This document shows positions 1 through 12,754 of a DNA stretch of 64,000 nucleotides, in pieces. Position numbers and translations under genes: made by a program. Source of the DNA: the human T2T-CHM13v2.0 reference genome, Homo sapiens. The first letter of the stretch is position 1; each line of letters starts with the position of its first letter. The notes beneath the pieces were generated by a model. The model saw only the letters and a program-made list of their open reading frames with translations. It did no database searches and was not told the origin of the DNA. The stretch lies in assembly GCF_009914755.1 (NCBI RefSeq), contig NC_060934.1; one strand, given 5' to 3'.

Positions 1-114
1 TTTGTTAGAAAAGAAAATGATTTGGGGGCTGCTTTTCATTAAAAGGAAAACCTTATGGAGGACTCCCGTACCCTCACTGTCTGCCTAAGTAATTTCTTCT
101 TAACTCCTATATCA
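1..114 (-). mobile_element. 5' end of an ERV1 LTR (LTR9/MER61-like), truncated by the window edge
   Basis: Reverse complement starts TGATATAGGAGTTAAGAAGAAATTACTTAGGCAGACAGTGAGGGTACGGGAGTCCTCC, resembling the recalled LTR9/MER61 5' terminus. Confidence 0.7.
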
Positions 115-936
115 CTATTTCATTTGATATACTAGGAAAGGGAGTTACACAAATGTTAAACAACTTGTCCAGAGTTGAGTTGGTAGTTCTAGTGGAGTTA
201 GTATTGGAACGTATGTCTGTTTGGCTTCCAAGCCCTGATGTGTCCACGTCATCATTTTCCCTCTGACAGTTAGAGGCCAGGTGAGTTCTGACTTGAGCAT
301 CTGAGAAACAATACGAACGTGTTCACACAGGAAAAACACGATTTACTTTTGTGGCAGAAGTCAAGGCTCGACAGCAGTGTTAGGATGTTCGATACCTACT
401 GAGACTTTGGATAGACTCACCCTCAAATTGTTCTTTCCAACATGCATCTTTTCCAAATGTTGTGTATGTAGGTCAATTTTTCTCTTTCCCTCTTATGCTC
501 TGTAAGTTTGGGCCTTTTCTTTTTCCCTCTTGCTTCTCTATAGGTCAAGTACTTTATCTGCTTTTGTTGACTAGAGCTGGGCTCCCTTTCTGTAGCTTGT
601 GCAATAGCTCAGCAGTCTGTAACTGGACATGACCTCCTTCTCCTGCTAGGGTGGTACGTGTGGGCAGCTTGTGCTGATACACATTAGGCACATGTTCTGT
701 TCTAAGGCACAACAGACACAGCTGACAGACAGCATGAAGGAATGGCCCTCAGCACAAGGAGCTGCTACGTGCATTTGGGCAACACCTTCCTGCCAAGCTT
801 GCAGAATACTTGGGCATTTTAATCTATTAATCTCTAATACTATTCTCAGAGGAGGAAAGTGACTACCATATCCCCACAAAAGGAAACAAGCTTGATTTAA
901 TAGTTAAGGGTGTGTATAAAAAGGCTTGTTCAAACT

Positions 937-1735
937 TCATTTATCCCACAAAACATTATTGAGCATCTAATATGGTCTAGGAATGACTCTAGGTGCTAGG
1001 ATACAGCCATAAGCTAAACTGATTAAAAACAATCAAGCAAGTCAGCCATCAAACAAACAAACAGAAAAAAAAAAAACCCTTTCCAAATGGAGCTTTTATT
1101 CTAGTAGGGGAAGGCAGACAATATACCAAATAAAACATAAAATACAGAGTGTGTTTGATTTTGGTAAAAAATAAAAGAAAAATGAGAGTGAACATTTAGG
1201 GCAATCAGAGAAAGCCTCATGAAAAGGATGGCATTTGGACAGAGACCTGAAGAAAGTAAGGAGAACAATGACGGGGCAATCTGAAGAGAGAGCATTCCAG
1301 GTGGAGGAAACAGTAAGTGCAAATGTCTTGAGGCAGGAGTGTGCCTTGAGTGTTCTGTAACGGAAAAGAGACCAGTGTGGCTGGGACTATCTGTAGCAGA
1401 AGATGGGGTTGGAGAGATTATGGAGGCTTACAGGGCCTCTCAGTCACTGTTAAGACCTTTGGCTTTTCCTCTGAATGACATGAGAAGCCACTGGAGGCTT
1501 CTTAGTGGAAAGTAGCATTTTTCAGGACCAGCAGTGTGGAAAACAGACAGTGCAAGCACAAGGATGGAAGCAGGCGGGACAGTCAGGAAGCCATTGCCAT
1601 CATGCTTGTGAGTGATGGCAGAGCTTAGACAAGGTAAGAGCAGGGGAGATACTGAAGAGTGGCTGAATTCTGCATATATTTTGAGGAACAGCCAACAGGA
1701 TTTGCTGATGGATTGGATAAAGTAAGTGGATTATT
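937..1735 (-). mobile_element. LINE-2 (L2a-like) 3' fragment
   Basis: Antisense L2 motifs: ttattgagcatcta..ctaggtgctagg, cagagaaagcctc, agagacctgaag, agcattccaggtggaggaaacag, gagaagccactggagg. Confidence 0.8.
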
Positions 1736-1774
1736 TGAAGTTATTTTTTTCTCCCTACCCAAAAGTTATTGTAG

Positions 1775-2254
<480 letters not shown>

Positions 2255-3799
2255 TAAAAAATAGGTAATCCCTATTATGTTTGATTTTTTTATGTGTGCA
2301 TTTACGTGTTTGAAAATTTATAGTTTCATTCTTTCATGTTGATGGGATCATATTGTTCACATTAATTTTTGCTTAATATATCTTGAAGACCTTTCCAAAC
2401 TAGTACATAAAGACCCATTTCATTCTTTTAGATTACTTAGAAAATCCTCTAGAAATGCAGCTGACTCATTTCACTCCTGTCTCCTAATCACTGTCTACAT
2501 TGGAAATCAAAGACAAGCACCCACATGCCCTAGGCAGAGTCTCTACTTCCAGAAAACATCCACAAGATGACATTTTAGAGTTGAGGGAATGATCCCAGCA
2601 CGCATAGCCAACCTATTTGAAATGTCTTTCTTGTTCTTGGAAGGGATCACAGGGGCCTTGAGTCATTTTAAACTGCTTCTGCTGCAGAAAACTCTTTGGG
2701 CATTTTGTGCCCCTGGTTTCCCAAATCTCACTCCCTGGCATGCTTGGCTTGAGAAAGGTAAAAAGCCCAGGGTGGCAGGCTGGTCTGGCATTAAATGGTA
2801 AGTGAATTTGCCAAATCAAAACGGAAGCATCTGGCTCGACAAGGATAAGTAATGCAAATGAATGAAAAGAGCATGTATCTATGCTTTTCCCTTGGTTATT
2901 AGATATTGCATTCATTGTTATTTGTTGTAACTGTATGAAATTACAGGAAAATTACAAAATACAGAAAAAAGTTAAATGATAATCACCAGAAAGCCCCTTT
3001 CCTGCGCTGCCGCCTGCCTCCCCTGGCACCGCCGCCTGCCGCCCCGGAAGACTATTTGGGTATTTACAAGAGAATTAGAAATTGAGATTGTGGCTTACCT
3101 ATCCTACATGGTCACCATAGTAAAAGCTTCTAACTCTGCCTGCCTCTTCTGCCTCTGTGTATGAATGTGTCATGAGGCAGGTAGGAGGGAGCACAAACAC
3201 ATCCTATTGGAAAACCAACTCCAGGAGTGCGCTTTCCAACACTGGGGACTCTTCATATGGGACGCAATATTATAATGCTAGAGGAAGTTGTGTTAGTTGA
3301 CCAGGGTTTCCAGCAGTTGGAACAATGCTCAAAATTCAGCATCTGCCCTTCCCCCTGCTATACTACCCCCTGTCCCCCACCGAGGCAACTAGAACACAAT
3401 CATGCCTTCTTCTCATGTTTGTTCACCTGTTTTCAATTAATGGCAGGGACCTAGTCCCTTAGCTTAGTTGGATTGGTACCTGCAGGATAGGAGACACAGC
3501 CAGGTGGGTGGGAGGAGCTGGGTCACAAGACACATTGGAGCTCAGTTCTTCCCAGCACAGCTGGGCTGGGTGTTTGCCTTGGCACCCAGTGCCACTCCAC
3601 TCAGCTCTGACATGATGGCTGGAAACACTGGCCTGGAATAAAGTGGGAAGCGTTCATGCATATTGTGCCAACAGGGTGCTGCATCAGCTGTTCTAGCTAC
3701 TGAGTGCTAGTCATCTAGCCTTTTGCCTTTGGTGCAAATAATTAGGCTTATTATGGGTATTGAGTTGTCAAAAAAAGGCTTCTGTTTTATGACCAGCAA

Positions 3800-4880
3800 T
3801 ATTTATTAAACATAAGAATAGTGCTACAATGTGGGGTCTTAAGAAGTTATTAGACAGAGTCCTTGCCCTCAAGAAAAGACTCATAATCCAGTGGCAGGGA
3901 GAGAATGTGAGAGAAATAGAGAAATAGTATTTTCAGGCAGCAAGTGGTGAGTGCTACATGAATAGAACAGAAGTTAAACATTCATGGTGGTCAGCAGAAG
4001 AAGACATGACTATGTGCTAAAGTGGACATGAGATCAAAGCTTCATGAAAGAGGGAGAATTTGGTGTGGGACTTAAAGGAAGTCCAGGGTTTAGAGAAGTG
4101 GAGATGAGAGTTAGAAAATGTCAGGCAGACAAGACAGTTCAGGTAGAGGCTCTAGAGGTGGAAAGGAGATGTGCAAGAAGTAATACTGGTAAATATTGCA
4201 AAGGAAGAATCAAAAAGCACAAAAAAGTAGGAAAAGAGAGGAAAGGCAGGAGACATTTTAAACTTGTAAAGATAGATTATTGGCAAAATGATTGTCATTA
4301 GCTGAAGTGGGGATTTCTGGAAGAGTCATTAGTTTTGGGGGAAATGACTTTGGGAGTTGCTAAATTGAAGGATGAGAATGCATGTATGAAGGGAGTCTAG
4401 TCCAGGAGGGAAATCAAGACATATTTGGTAGTTCCAGTCTCCTGAAAACTCAGGTACCAAATGTCATGCACAGTGACTGGAGAGACATATTTGGAAGTCA
4501 GTTTCAAGGCCCAGTAAAATGATATGACTGGATGAGATCTCCAAAGATGGAGCAGCAGAAAACCACTGTCTGAATCTTGCTTGTGCACACGCGTCAGGGG
4601 GTGGAAGGAGGAAGTGGACACAGCAGATGTGGCGTACTGGCTTGCGTGGTCGTAGTAGGGTTAAAAGGTTCCCAACAGAAAAGGGAGGAGAGAGAGCCAA
4701 AGTGGAGCACTGTTGCCTTCTGGATTGCCACTGAGAAGCTGAGAAGGAGCACTGAGAATAAGCCACTGAACACCGCAACTAGAAGTCTTTGGTGGCTCTT
4801 GAGAAAGCAATTTCAGTAGTGAGCGCATCAGTTTAGCAGGTGTTTGGAGTGAATGGTAATGAAATAAATAGAGGACACAT
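3800..4880 (-). mobile_element. Degraded LINE-2 fragments
   Basis: tatttatt..gtccttgccctcaag, gcttcatgaaagaggg, ctggagagacatatttggaagtca, ggatgagatctcc, gaaagcaatttcagtag resemble the antisense L2 body. Confidence 0.6.
4430..4475 (+). repeat. Left arm of a 46-bp inverted repeat (partner 5594-5639)
   Basis: agttccagtctcctgaaaactcaggtaccaaatgtcatgcacagtg is the reverse complement of 5594-5639 at 45/46 positions. Confidence 0.95.
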
Positions 4881-4884
4881 AGAC

Positions 4885-5066
4885 CAGTGGTTTTTTGAAC
4901 TTGGCTTGAACACTGTAATCACCTGGAGGGTTTTTAAAAATTACAAATTCCTAGACCTCACATCAGACCTTATGAGTCAAATCTTTAGTTGACAGGCCTA
5001 GGAAACTGAGTTTTTGCAGATGACTTAGATGAAGCCAGTTTATAGTCAGCATTTGTGAACCCACTG
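4885..5066. mobile_element. MER5-type hAT-Charlie DNA transposon relic
   Basis: Terminal inverted repeats cagtggttt...aacccactg; internal aatcacctggagggtttttaaaaa typical of MER5. Confidence 0.7.
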
Positions 5067-5593
5067 GGAGGTAATAAAAGATGAGAAATAGGAGACACTT
5101 GAGGGGACGGTAGGGTTGAGGAAGTTTTCTGGGTAGTATTTTTTTCTTGTTTCTTTTTAGAAAACAGGAGACTCAAGCTCCTTTTCCAGGCAGTGAAGAT
5201 ATGAGTGAGACCAAGTATCCTCATGGAGAAATCAGCTCTAGGAAATAGGAGAGGGACCTCCAAGCCAGGTGGGTGAAATCAGGCCTGGGAAGAGATAGAT
5301 GGCAAGGTGGTAGGAGGTGGAGATTAAAGTGAGAATTCAAGGAAGTGAAGGCAACTCCTGCAATCTTTCCAAATTAAGCTTTGTGTAGTCTTTGAAGAGT
5401 GATTCAATTCACCTAAGAACCTTGCATATTCCTCCTTATGACTTTGTTGAGCATATTACATGGCACTTTCATAATGCCAGCTACCCAGGAAATGCAGGTT
5501 ATGAAAGCTTAGAATTATGAAATGACACAGGTTGTGTGGTTAAACATGAGCTTATCTTTTGAAAGTTTCTATTTCACAGCTTCTGAGGGGATG

Positions 5594-5639
5594 CACTGTG
5601 CATGACTTTTGGTACCTGAGTTTTCAGGAGACTGGAACT
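5594..5639 (-). repeat. Right arm of the 46-bp inverted repeat (partner 4430-4475)
   Basis: cactgtgcatgacttttggtacctgagttttcaggagactggaact; the ORF track shows the same peptide TVHD(I/F)WYLSFQETGT on opposite strands. Confidence 0.95.
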
Positions 5640-6124
5640 GAAAGGAAGAATTCACCAACTACCTGTTTTAGCCCCAGGCAGCATCATCAGAGTCATGCTT
5701 GGAGGTGGAAGGGAACACCCTTGTGGCTGGGCCCACAGAACATGTTGAAAACGAGTTCTCAGTATTGTGGCAGGAAGTATTGGGTCACGAGTCGCAACTC
5801 ACACCTTTCTATAGCTGGCTGTCTCAGCTCTTTGTGAAATCTGGGTCTGAAATCACCTCCTTCTCCCTTCTTCCCTGTGTCTGCACAGTCCAACTGCCCT
5901 TTGTGGATTATCTTTGCATCTCGTGAAGCACATACCTAGCATGTTCTTATGATAGCAGTGTGGTCCAGATAGTGAATAACAACCACTACAGCCTATTGAA
6001 CTCTTATTCTGTGCATTTTATCTAGCCCTTCTTCTGGAATGTGCCTCTGCAAAACTTCTGTTTTAACATCTGTGACAATTAAGTGATTTTTTTCATATTA
6101 TAAAAAACAATACAACAAATATTA

Positions 6125-6335
6125 ATAACAGTGCTCATTGTATGCCAGGCACTGTTTTAAGTATTTTATGTATCTTGATGCACTTAAACTTCACAACCAC
6201 CCTGTGATGTAGTTATTCTGATCCCCATTTTACAGATGAGGGAATTGGAGCTCAGCGAGCAGACATGTGGCTCCAAAATCATATAGCTAATGAGTGATGG
6301 GTCAGTGTACTGATACCGAAGCCAGAGCTGTTAAC
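6125..6335 (-). mobile_element. MIR SINE
   Basis: tatgccaggcactgttttaag...ccccattttacagatgaggg (antisense MIR core). Confidence 0.85.
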
Positions 6336-7094
6336 TCATAAATGATGAAATAGATTGAAATGTAGTTCACTAGAAGGGGAAGACATCTTTAGGAATTTGC
6401 TATTGATTCAGGTTGCTCCCTGATTTTTTAGCACAAGCGTGGCAAGGCATTCTTCCAATAACCTCAGCTGAAATGCCTGCTTGGAGGACTCAGGTGCTCC
6501 ATCTTCATCACGTATGTGCTGCTTGGGTTTAGAAAAGCCAGGTGGATCAGTCCCTGAAGCCTGTAATACTTTCCATCATCTCACAGAACACAAGAGTGAG
6601 GCTGACCCTCTGCCTACATCTCAGAAAACCTGAGGGACAGAGAGGTCATTTATTTACTCCTTCAACAAATAGTCCATTTCTTGCACACCTCTCTGTGACT
6701 TGTCCTGTGTTTGTGGTGTAGAAACAGAGGCATGGGGTGCAGTCCCAGGAGAGGGTGCTCGCAGGAGCACAGAGAAGACTACTCAGGGTGATCCACCCAT
6801 GCCAGATGGACATACATAGGAGGGCCCTAACCCAGGTAGTGAGATGAGCATGTGTTAGTTTTGTGAACTGAAGCTTATCCCCGATATAGAGTGAAACCTT
6901 AGATTGCAGACTTTCAGGATTCAAGGTAGGAGGATGGTACATTCCCATGACGGTAGGCTACAGGGGTGCTGTGACTGTGATTTCTCTCTTGCCCATGGAG
7001 AAAAGTGTGACAAGGGCAACAGCCCTGACAACTGCTTGGTGAGAGGAGAGCATGATTATCTGGCACTGTGCCAGCAGTGCTGTGCGAGCTGGGG

Positions 7095-7300
7095 ACTGAG
7101 GATCAGGCTGACCTTGATTGGAGGTCTTCCCCACGATTTGCTAGCCGGGTGACTTTAGGCAAGGTATTTGCCACTCTGAACCTCAGTTTCTTTATTTATA
7201 GAGATGGAGACAAGAATACCTACCTTACTGGGTTGTTGGGAGAATTCATGAGCCAATGAACATAAAGTATTCAGCATTCCTTCTAACAAATGCTCAGGAG
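7095..7300 (+). mobile_element. MIR SINE
   Basis: gtgactttaggcaag..ctctgaacctcagtttc..tacctacctt..gggttgttg. Confidence 0.75.
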
Positions 7301-7319
7301 AGACTGTAGCTAACACTCA

Positions 7320-7772
7320 GCCAGTGCTTACCAAAGGCCAGGCACTGTCCTGTGCCAGTGGTTCTCAACTAGGGGGTGATTTTGCCCCCAGAGGACATTG
7401 GGCAATATCTGGAGACATTTTTGATTCTCATGATTGGGAGGGAGGGTGCTGCAGATTTCTAGTGGGTAGAGGCCGGGGATGCCGCTAAACATCCTGCAAT
7501 GCTCAGGACAGCTCTCCACAACAAACACTCACACCATGCAAATGTCCATAGTGCCCAACTTGGAAACTGTTCTTTGTATGTGTTAACACAAAAAATCCTC
7601 ATAGGAACGCATGTGGGAGTACCATCTTTATTTTCCTGGTTTAGATCAGGAAATATTAGACAGTCCATTAAATGACTTGGAAATTAAATAGCATACTCAA
7701 GCACAAGCAGCTAGAGTAAGAGCCAGGATTTGAACCCTAGCAATCTTGCTCCAGAGTTCTTATGTTTAACCA
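7320..7772 (-). mobile_element. MIR interrupted by MER20
   Basis: gtgcttac..gccaggcactgtcct before the MER20; agagccaggatttgaaccc..ctccagag after it. Confidence 0.65.
7356..7569 (+). mobile_element. MER20 hAT-Charlie DNA transposon
   Basis: cagtggttctcaactagggggtgattttgcccccagaggacattgggcaatatctggagacatttttg..tagtgggtagaggcc..aaacatcctgcaatgc..caggacagc. Confidence 0.9.
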
Positions 7773-8439
7773 GTTACCCTAGGTGAACTCTTGTAGGAGT
7801 GAGTCAAAAGGCAGTGTGTATGGGATATCGAGAGGCTTCCCTTTCTCCATGCCAGCCATTCTTAAACTCCTGTGAGCATCAGATGACTTGAAGAGCAGGC
7901 TAGAAATACAGATCCCAGGGCTCCACACCCAAGTGATTCTGATGCAGCTGCATTTGGGACTCTTACACTAGCCCTCAGGAAAGTTTCCACACATAATAGC
8001 AGCATGATACCAGACTTAGAGTCTTGGAGGTTGTTTTCTGAATCTCAATTTTTCAAAAAATACTATATGTAGAGCTTAACATAGTTTTAGAATGCTGTCT
8101 AAGAAAAACAAGTATAAGACAAATGCTTTTGAGGCTGGGGAATCACAATGTCTCCTTCAAGAGGACCCTCCAGTTATCTTGGTTTGCTCCTAGACCCTTT
8201 TTTTCATATGAGGACGGGACAGTTGCACGTGGCTGCTTTCCCATCACCTCAAGTGCTCAAAGCTGGACTTGTTATACCTTCTTTTCCTCACTCTCACACT
8301 TGCTCTTGATAATATTGTCCTCACTGCTGTCTCAGTTAGCCAATTACACAGGCCCTGAGCCCAAAGCACCTTGGAATTTGCCTTCCTTCCACTATGCAGC
8401 CAATCTTTAACGTCTTAAAATTCTTCTTTCAACACATTT

Positions 8440-8980
8440 CTCACGTTGATCATGAACTTCCTGGTTTTGTTCTTTATCACCCAGGCTTAGACTATTGTAG
8501 TAACCTCCTACCTGGGCTGCCATCCTCAACTCTTTCCTCCAATACGTCCAGCCAGGCAAATCATCTGAAAATTCAATTTTATTTTGTTTATGCATTCACT
8601 GATGTAGTCACAGGTATTTATTGAGCACTCCTCTGTGCTAGGCTCTGTCCTGTGCACACAAAGATGAATTTGACCCTATCAAGTCCCTGTCTTACTCGGA
8701 GTCTCCAGCTCCTTATACCATCACAACTGCCCTCCTACCCCACCCCACATTTCTCTGCACAGCTTCTCAGCTCTACTCATTACCCACTGGCTTGTCTTTG
8801 CTCATTACTACCTCTACAGCTTTGTCATGTTCTTCTCTACCCAAGGCATGCTTTCTCTCTTATCCATATGTCTAACTTCTATTCATCCTTCAAAACCCAG
8901 ATCAAATCATGTTTCCTCAATAAATTCTTTCCTGAACATTCTTTCCCAGGACAATTTCTTCTGTCCCATGGTCTTATAGT
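8440..8980 (+). mobile_element. L2 fragments (with a short antisense L2 tail at about 8585-8710)
   Basis: agactattgtagtaacctcctacctgg; ctaacttctattcatccttcaaaacccagatcaaa. Confidence 0.55.
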
Positions 8981-9370
8981 ATCTAATGTCACTATTATTT
9001 TTGGAACTGCTACTTATGCACACATGGATTCATTTTTTTGCATGTCTGGTAGGAGAAAAGGGGTTGCTGTTTGGAGCAGTTTATGGTAAAGGATTTAGCC
9101 ACTCTGGGCAGCATGGTAGATGTAGACACAAAATAGGCGTCATTCTGCCAATTGTAGTTTTAAATTCCTGTGGATGGACCTCAGAGGCCAGATCTGTAGG
9201 CTACGTGTCTGGCTTACCCACTTGGACCAAGTGCTGCTACTCAGAATGGCCCAAACCCACAGAGGCCTTAGTTAGTATCTGTGTCTGGCAATAATTCCAA
9301 GAATTTCTGAATTTGCCTGTCAGTGAGTCTTCCCAGAGTTCTGTTAGCTAAACAGAAAGAGGAATGCTTT

Positions 9371-9580
9371 AGCAATAGCTCATATTTATGGAGTGTTTAC
9401 GATGCATTGGACACTGTGTTAAGTACTTTACATGCATCAGCTTGTTCAACCCTCACAGTAACCACATAAAGTAGAGATTATTCATTTCATTTTGGATGTG
9501 AAGAAATGGAGGCTAAGAGTTAAGTCACTTGCCTAAGTTCACACGGCTGGTAGCAGGTGCAGTCACGGGAACCCAGGCCT
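9371..9580 (-). mobile_element. MIR SINE
   Basis: atagctcatatttatggagtgtttac..ggaggctaagagttaagtcacttgcctaagttcacac. Confidence 0.8.
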
Positions 9581-10949
9581 TTCTCTTCTTACTGTTATCT
9601 TTTAACCCTTCTATGCATTCAAGGGTCAGCTACAAAAATATCAGGGACACCCAAGGCTTTCTGATTTTTAAATGAACCCTGGAACTTGTGGTATTCGTCA
9701 TCTGAAAAGCTTTGTATTGAAATAAGGCTTATTTTAGAGACGACATGGTTCTAGCCGAAAAGATGTTAAGTCATATTCAGAAAAAAAAAAGATTTAAAAT
9801 AACAGCTGCTTTGTCATAACCCCCTTCTATCCTCAAAGCCCGGCTCTGGGCAACCGATAAGATACTGTGTACAAGGGCACATGCATGACGTTTTCTAGGA
9901 AAACTGGTGGGTGAAAGGCTTCCTGAGAAATTTCACACTGGAAATAAACACTCTTGTAGGGTATGTTTCAAGGAAGATCTTGAAATCTTTTCTTCTGGGT
10001 ACATGACTCTTGCCCTTTGTTTATAGTTGTCATTAGTTCAGGTGGTCTGAAATGCCTGATGTTGAAAATATTTGCCATTTCGAATTTCCCTTTGGCCGTG
10101 AGGGGGTGAAGGGACATCTCCTAGGCTTATAAAGGACAGAATCACATGACTTAGAGAGATGGAATTTGTACCCATTGGCAGAGGTACGGGTCTTTATGGA
10201 TTTAAAGTGTGTCTATTTACAGAAGCAACCCTGATAGGGATAGTGGTTTCATAATTTTTAAAATGTGCTTTTATTTTGTTTAATAAAAATACAGATTTTG
10301 AGAAGCAAATAGCTGACATAAAGTGAGCCAACATTTTAGTCCCCCCCCCCGCCACCCCCCCAAAAAAAAGCAGAAAAGAATGAAGGTCTTGGTGATTCTC
10401 AATATTATATCTTTTCTTTGGAGTCAGTTATATTTTGGTAACAGTTCTTATTAAAATAATAGCAGACACCATTCTTAATAAAACTTTTTTAAAGCTGGAT
10501 GAGTCCCTAAGGGAATTGCTAATGGTAAGAAGTATAAAAAATACTTCACTGAACCTGTTTTTAAATTCTCTAATGTTTAAATTCTCCTACTCTCTCAACA
10601 TGCAGCTTCTCCCAGAAGAATGCCTCACCTTTAAAATTTGTCTTAATAATATGAAATATCAAGTCACTTTTACTCTTCATTTTTAATTTTAACATTAAAT
10701 ACGCCTTTTCCCTCTCATAGTTTTTACAGTTAATATACTTGGAATTATGTTGGAGAAATGTAATTTTGGTTTTATTTCTTTCAGAATTCGCTAATGTAAA
10801 AAATGCATTTTGAAAAATATTAGACTTACTGAGAGGTCAAATTTTTTCTTCAGTTTTTCAGAAGATGGAAGCAGTGGAATAGAATACTATTCTTCCCCAA
10901 CTTGCATTAGGTGTTAAATAGCACTCTTTTTCTACTTTCCTGTTTACTT

Positions 10950-11263
10950 GTCGTATCTTTCCATCTATCACTCTTAGTTTGTGACTTCTATTATCAAGGA
11001 TACCTCATGGTCTAAGAAGGCTGCTGAAGCTCCAGTCATTATTTTGGAGGTCTAGTTGGGCAATAGGAAGGAGAACTTCCTGAAGGACCTATTAATAACT
11101 TCTGCTTAGATCCCATTGGCCACCGCTGGCTGATGTGATGTGATGTGATGTGGATGATGTGATGTAATGTAATGTAATATATTTTTTCAGCTGGGAACAT
11201 TGCCCAAGATTCTGTAGGTAAGAATAAAGAAAGAATGGATTACCAACGGAAGTCTCTGTCACA
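10950..11263 (-). mobile_element. Old MaLR LTR (MLT1-type) containing a (GATGT)n microsatellite
   Basis: ggctgctgaagctccagtcatt, acttctgcttagatcccattggcca; ends gtctctgtcaca (reverse complement TGTGACAGAG, LTR start); pentamer repeat at 11131-11178. Confidence 0.6.
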
Positions 11264-11275
11264 ATGTCTGTGCTT

Positions 11276-11640
11276 TAGTCTGGCAAAGCTAAATTAAGCT
11301 GCAGCAACAAAGTAACCCCCAAATCCTGGTGACCTGATGCAACAAAGACATCTTTCTTGTTCATGAATTGCCTGATGTAAACCCAGTGGCTCTCCAGTGT
11401 AGTTCTCCAAGTGATGACTACCTCCTTTTAAGGTCCCTGCTTCTCAGCAGTGGCTTCTGGGATGCTAAGGTAAGAGAAGATAAAACTGGAGAGTCTCACA
11501 AAAGCTTTTCACTGCCCCAGACTGGAAATGACACACAGCACTTCTACTTACAGCTCTTTGGCCAAATCTAGTCTTGGAGTCCTTCCCAACTGCAATGGGC
11601 CTAGGAAGTATCATCTTCCTTGTGCCCAGGAAAGATCCTG
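11276..11640 (-). mobile_element. Old MaLR LTR (MLT1K/L-like)
   Basis: gctgcagcaacaaagtaacccccaaatc..caacaaag; ggaaatgacacacagcacttctacttac..ttggccaaa. Confidence 0.65.
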
Positions 11641-11739
11641 TGATGATGACTTCTCTGTTTATGTAATTGAGTTCTATTTCCAAACTAAGACAATTATGTT
11701 ACATAGATTCTGAAGCAATATAATATCCTGTTTTCAGCA

Positions 11740-12020
11740 ACCTTTCACTAAGTGGTTACTACTTGCCAATGCATGGTGTCAGATGCTAGGGGAACAGACA
11801 TGAAAAAGACACCAAGTCCCTTTCAAGGAACTTATTGATTAATAAAGGAGACATAAGCACACCTGAAGAATAATAAGGACAATAATAAAGTAAAAATAAG
11901 GTGCTATGGAGATTGAAGTTTGGGAAGATTTCTTCTAGTTGATGCCCAAGGAAAGGTTTCTGGAGGAGGTGATATTTAAAAGGGGTCTTGAAAGACTGGT
12001 AGAATTAACCTAGGTGATGT
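11740..12020 (-). mobile_element. L2 fragment
   Basis: gatgctaggggaacagacatgaaaaagac..gtccctttcaaggaac..aagtgctatgg-like motif..ggaggaggtgatattt. Confidence 0.6.
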
Positions 12021-12461
12021 GGTTCAATCAACAGTGTCTCCTTCAAGAACTTTTCTGAATTAGTAGATATGTTGGGCTAAAATTTCAGTGCTGTCGGTGC
12101 CTAGCTATTTGATCTTGAACAAGTTTTTCTCCTCTGTAAGATGAGAGAGTTGGTGAAAATGGTCTCTATTCTCTCTTTCATCTCTGATAGTCTATCATTC
12201 TTCAATTTTTTAATTAACATTCTGAAAGCTTGGTACAGACAAAAAAAACTTTCAAAACAAAAATACATTTGATGCTTATTGAATACACTTAGAAAACAGA
12301 GAAAAGTAAAAGAGAAATCTTAATATCAGGCAATATTCACTCTCATTCACTCATTTTATTGCAGTTTCTTCTGGAATTTTTCATACATAGATTTAAATAT
12401 TTTGCTTTAGTTTGTTTTGAACACAGTTGACATATAGAGCATAGGCTATACTAGAGCACTC

Positions 12462-12754
12462 TTTTTTTTTTTTTTTGAGATGAAGTCTTACTCACTCTGT
12501 TGCCCAGGCTAGAGCGCAGCGGTGAGACTTCAGCTCACTGCAACCTCCGCCTCCTGGGTTCAAGCAATTCTCCTGCCTCAGTCTCTTGAGTAGCTGAGAT
12601 TATAGGCATGCGCCACCATGCCCGGCTAATTTTTAGTAGAGGTAGGCTTTCATCATGTTGGCCAGGCTGGCCTCGAACTCCTGATCTCAAGTGATCCGCC
12701 CACCTCATCCTCCTAAAGTGCTGGGATTACAGGCATGAACCACCGCGCCCAGCC
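12462..12754 (-). mobile_element. Alu, AluS (Sz/Sx-like)
   Basis: Full antisense Alu with poly-T; perfect TSD tagagcactcttt at 12452-12464 and 12755-12767; shortened middle A-rich linker. Confidence 0.97.

Noticed and set aside
4430-5639. The 46-bp inverted repeats read as terminal repeats of a 1.2-kb DNA transposon
   Set aside because: No TSD outside the arms, no known terminal-repeat signature, and L2 sequence runs in the same orientation across the left arm.
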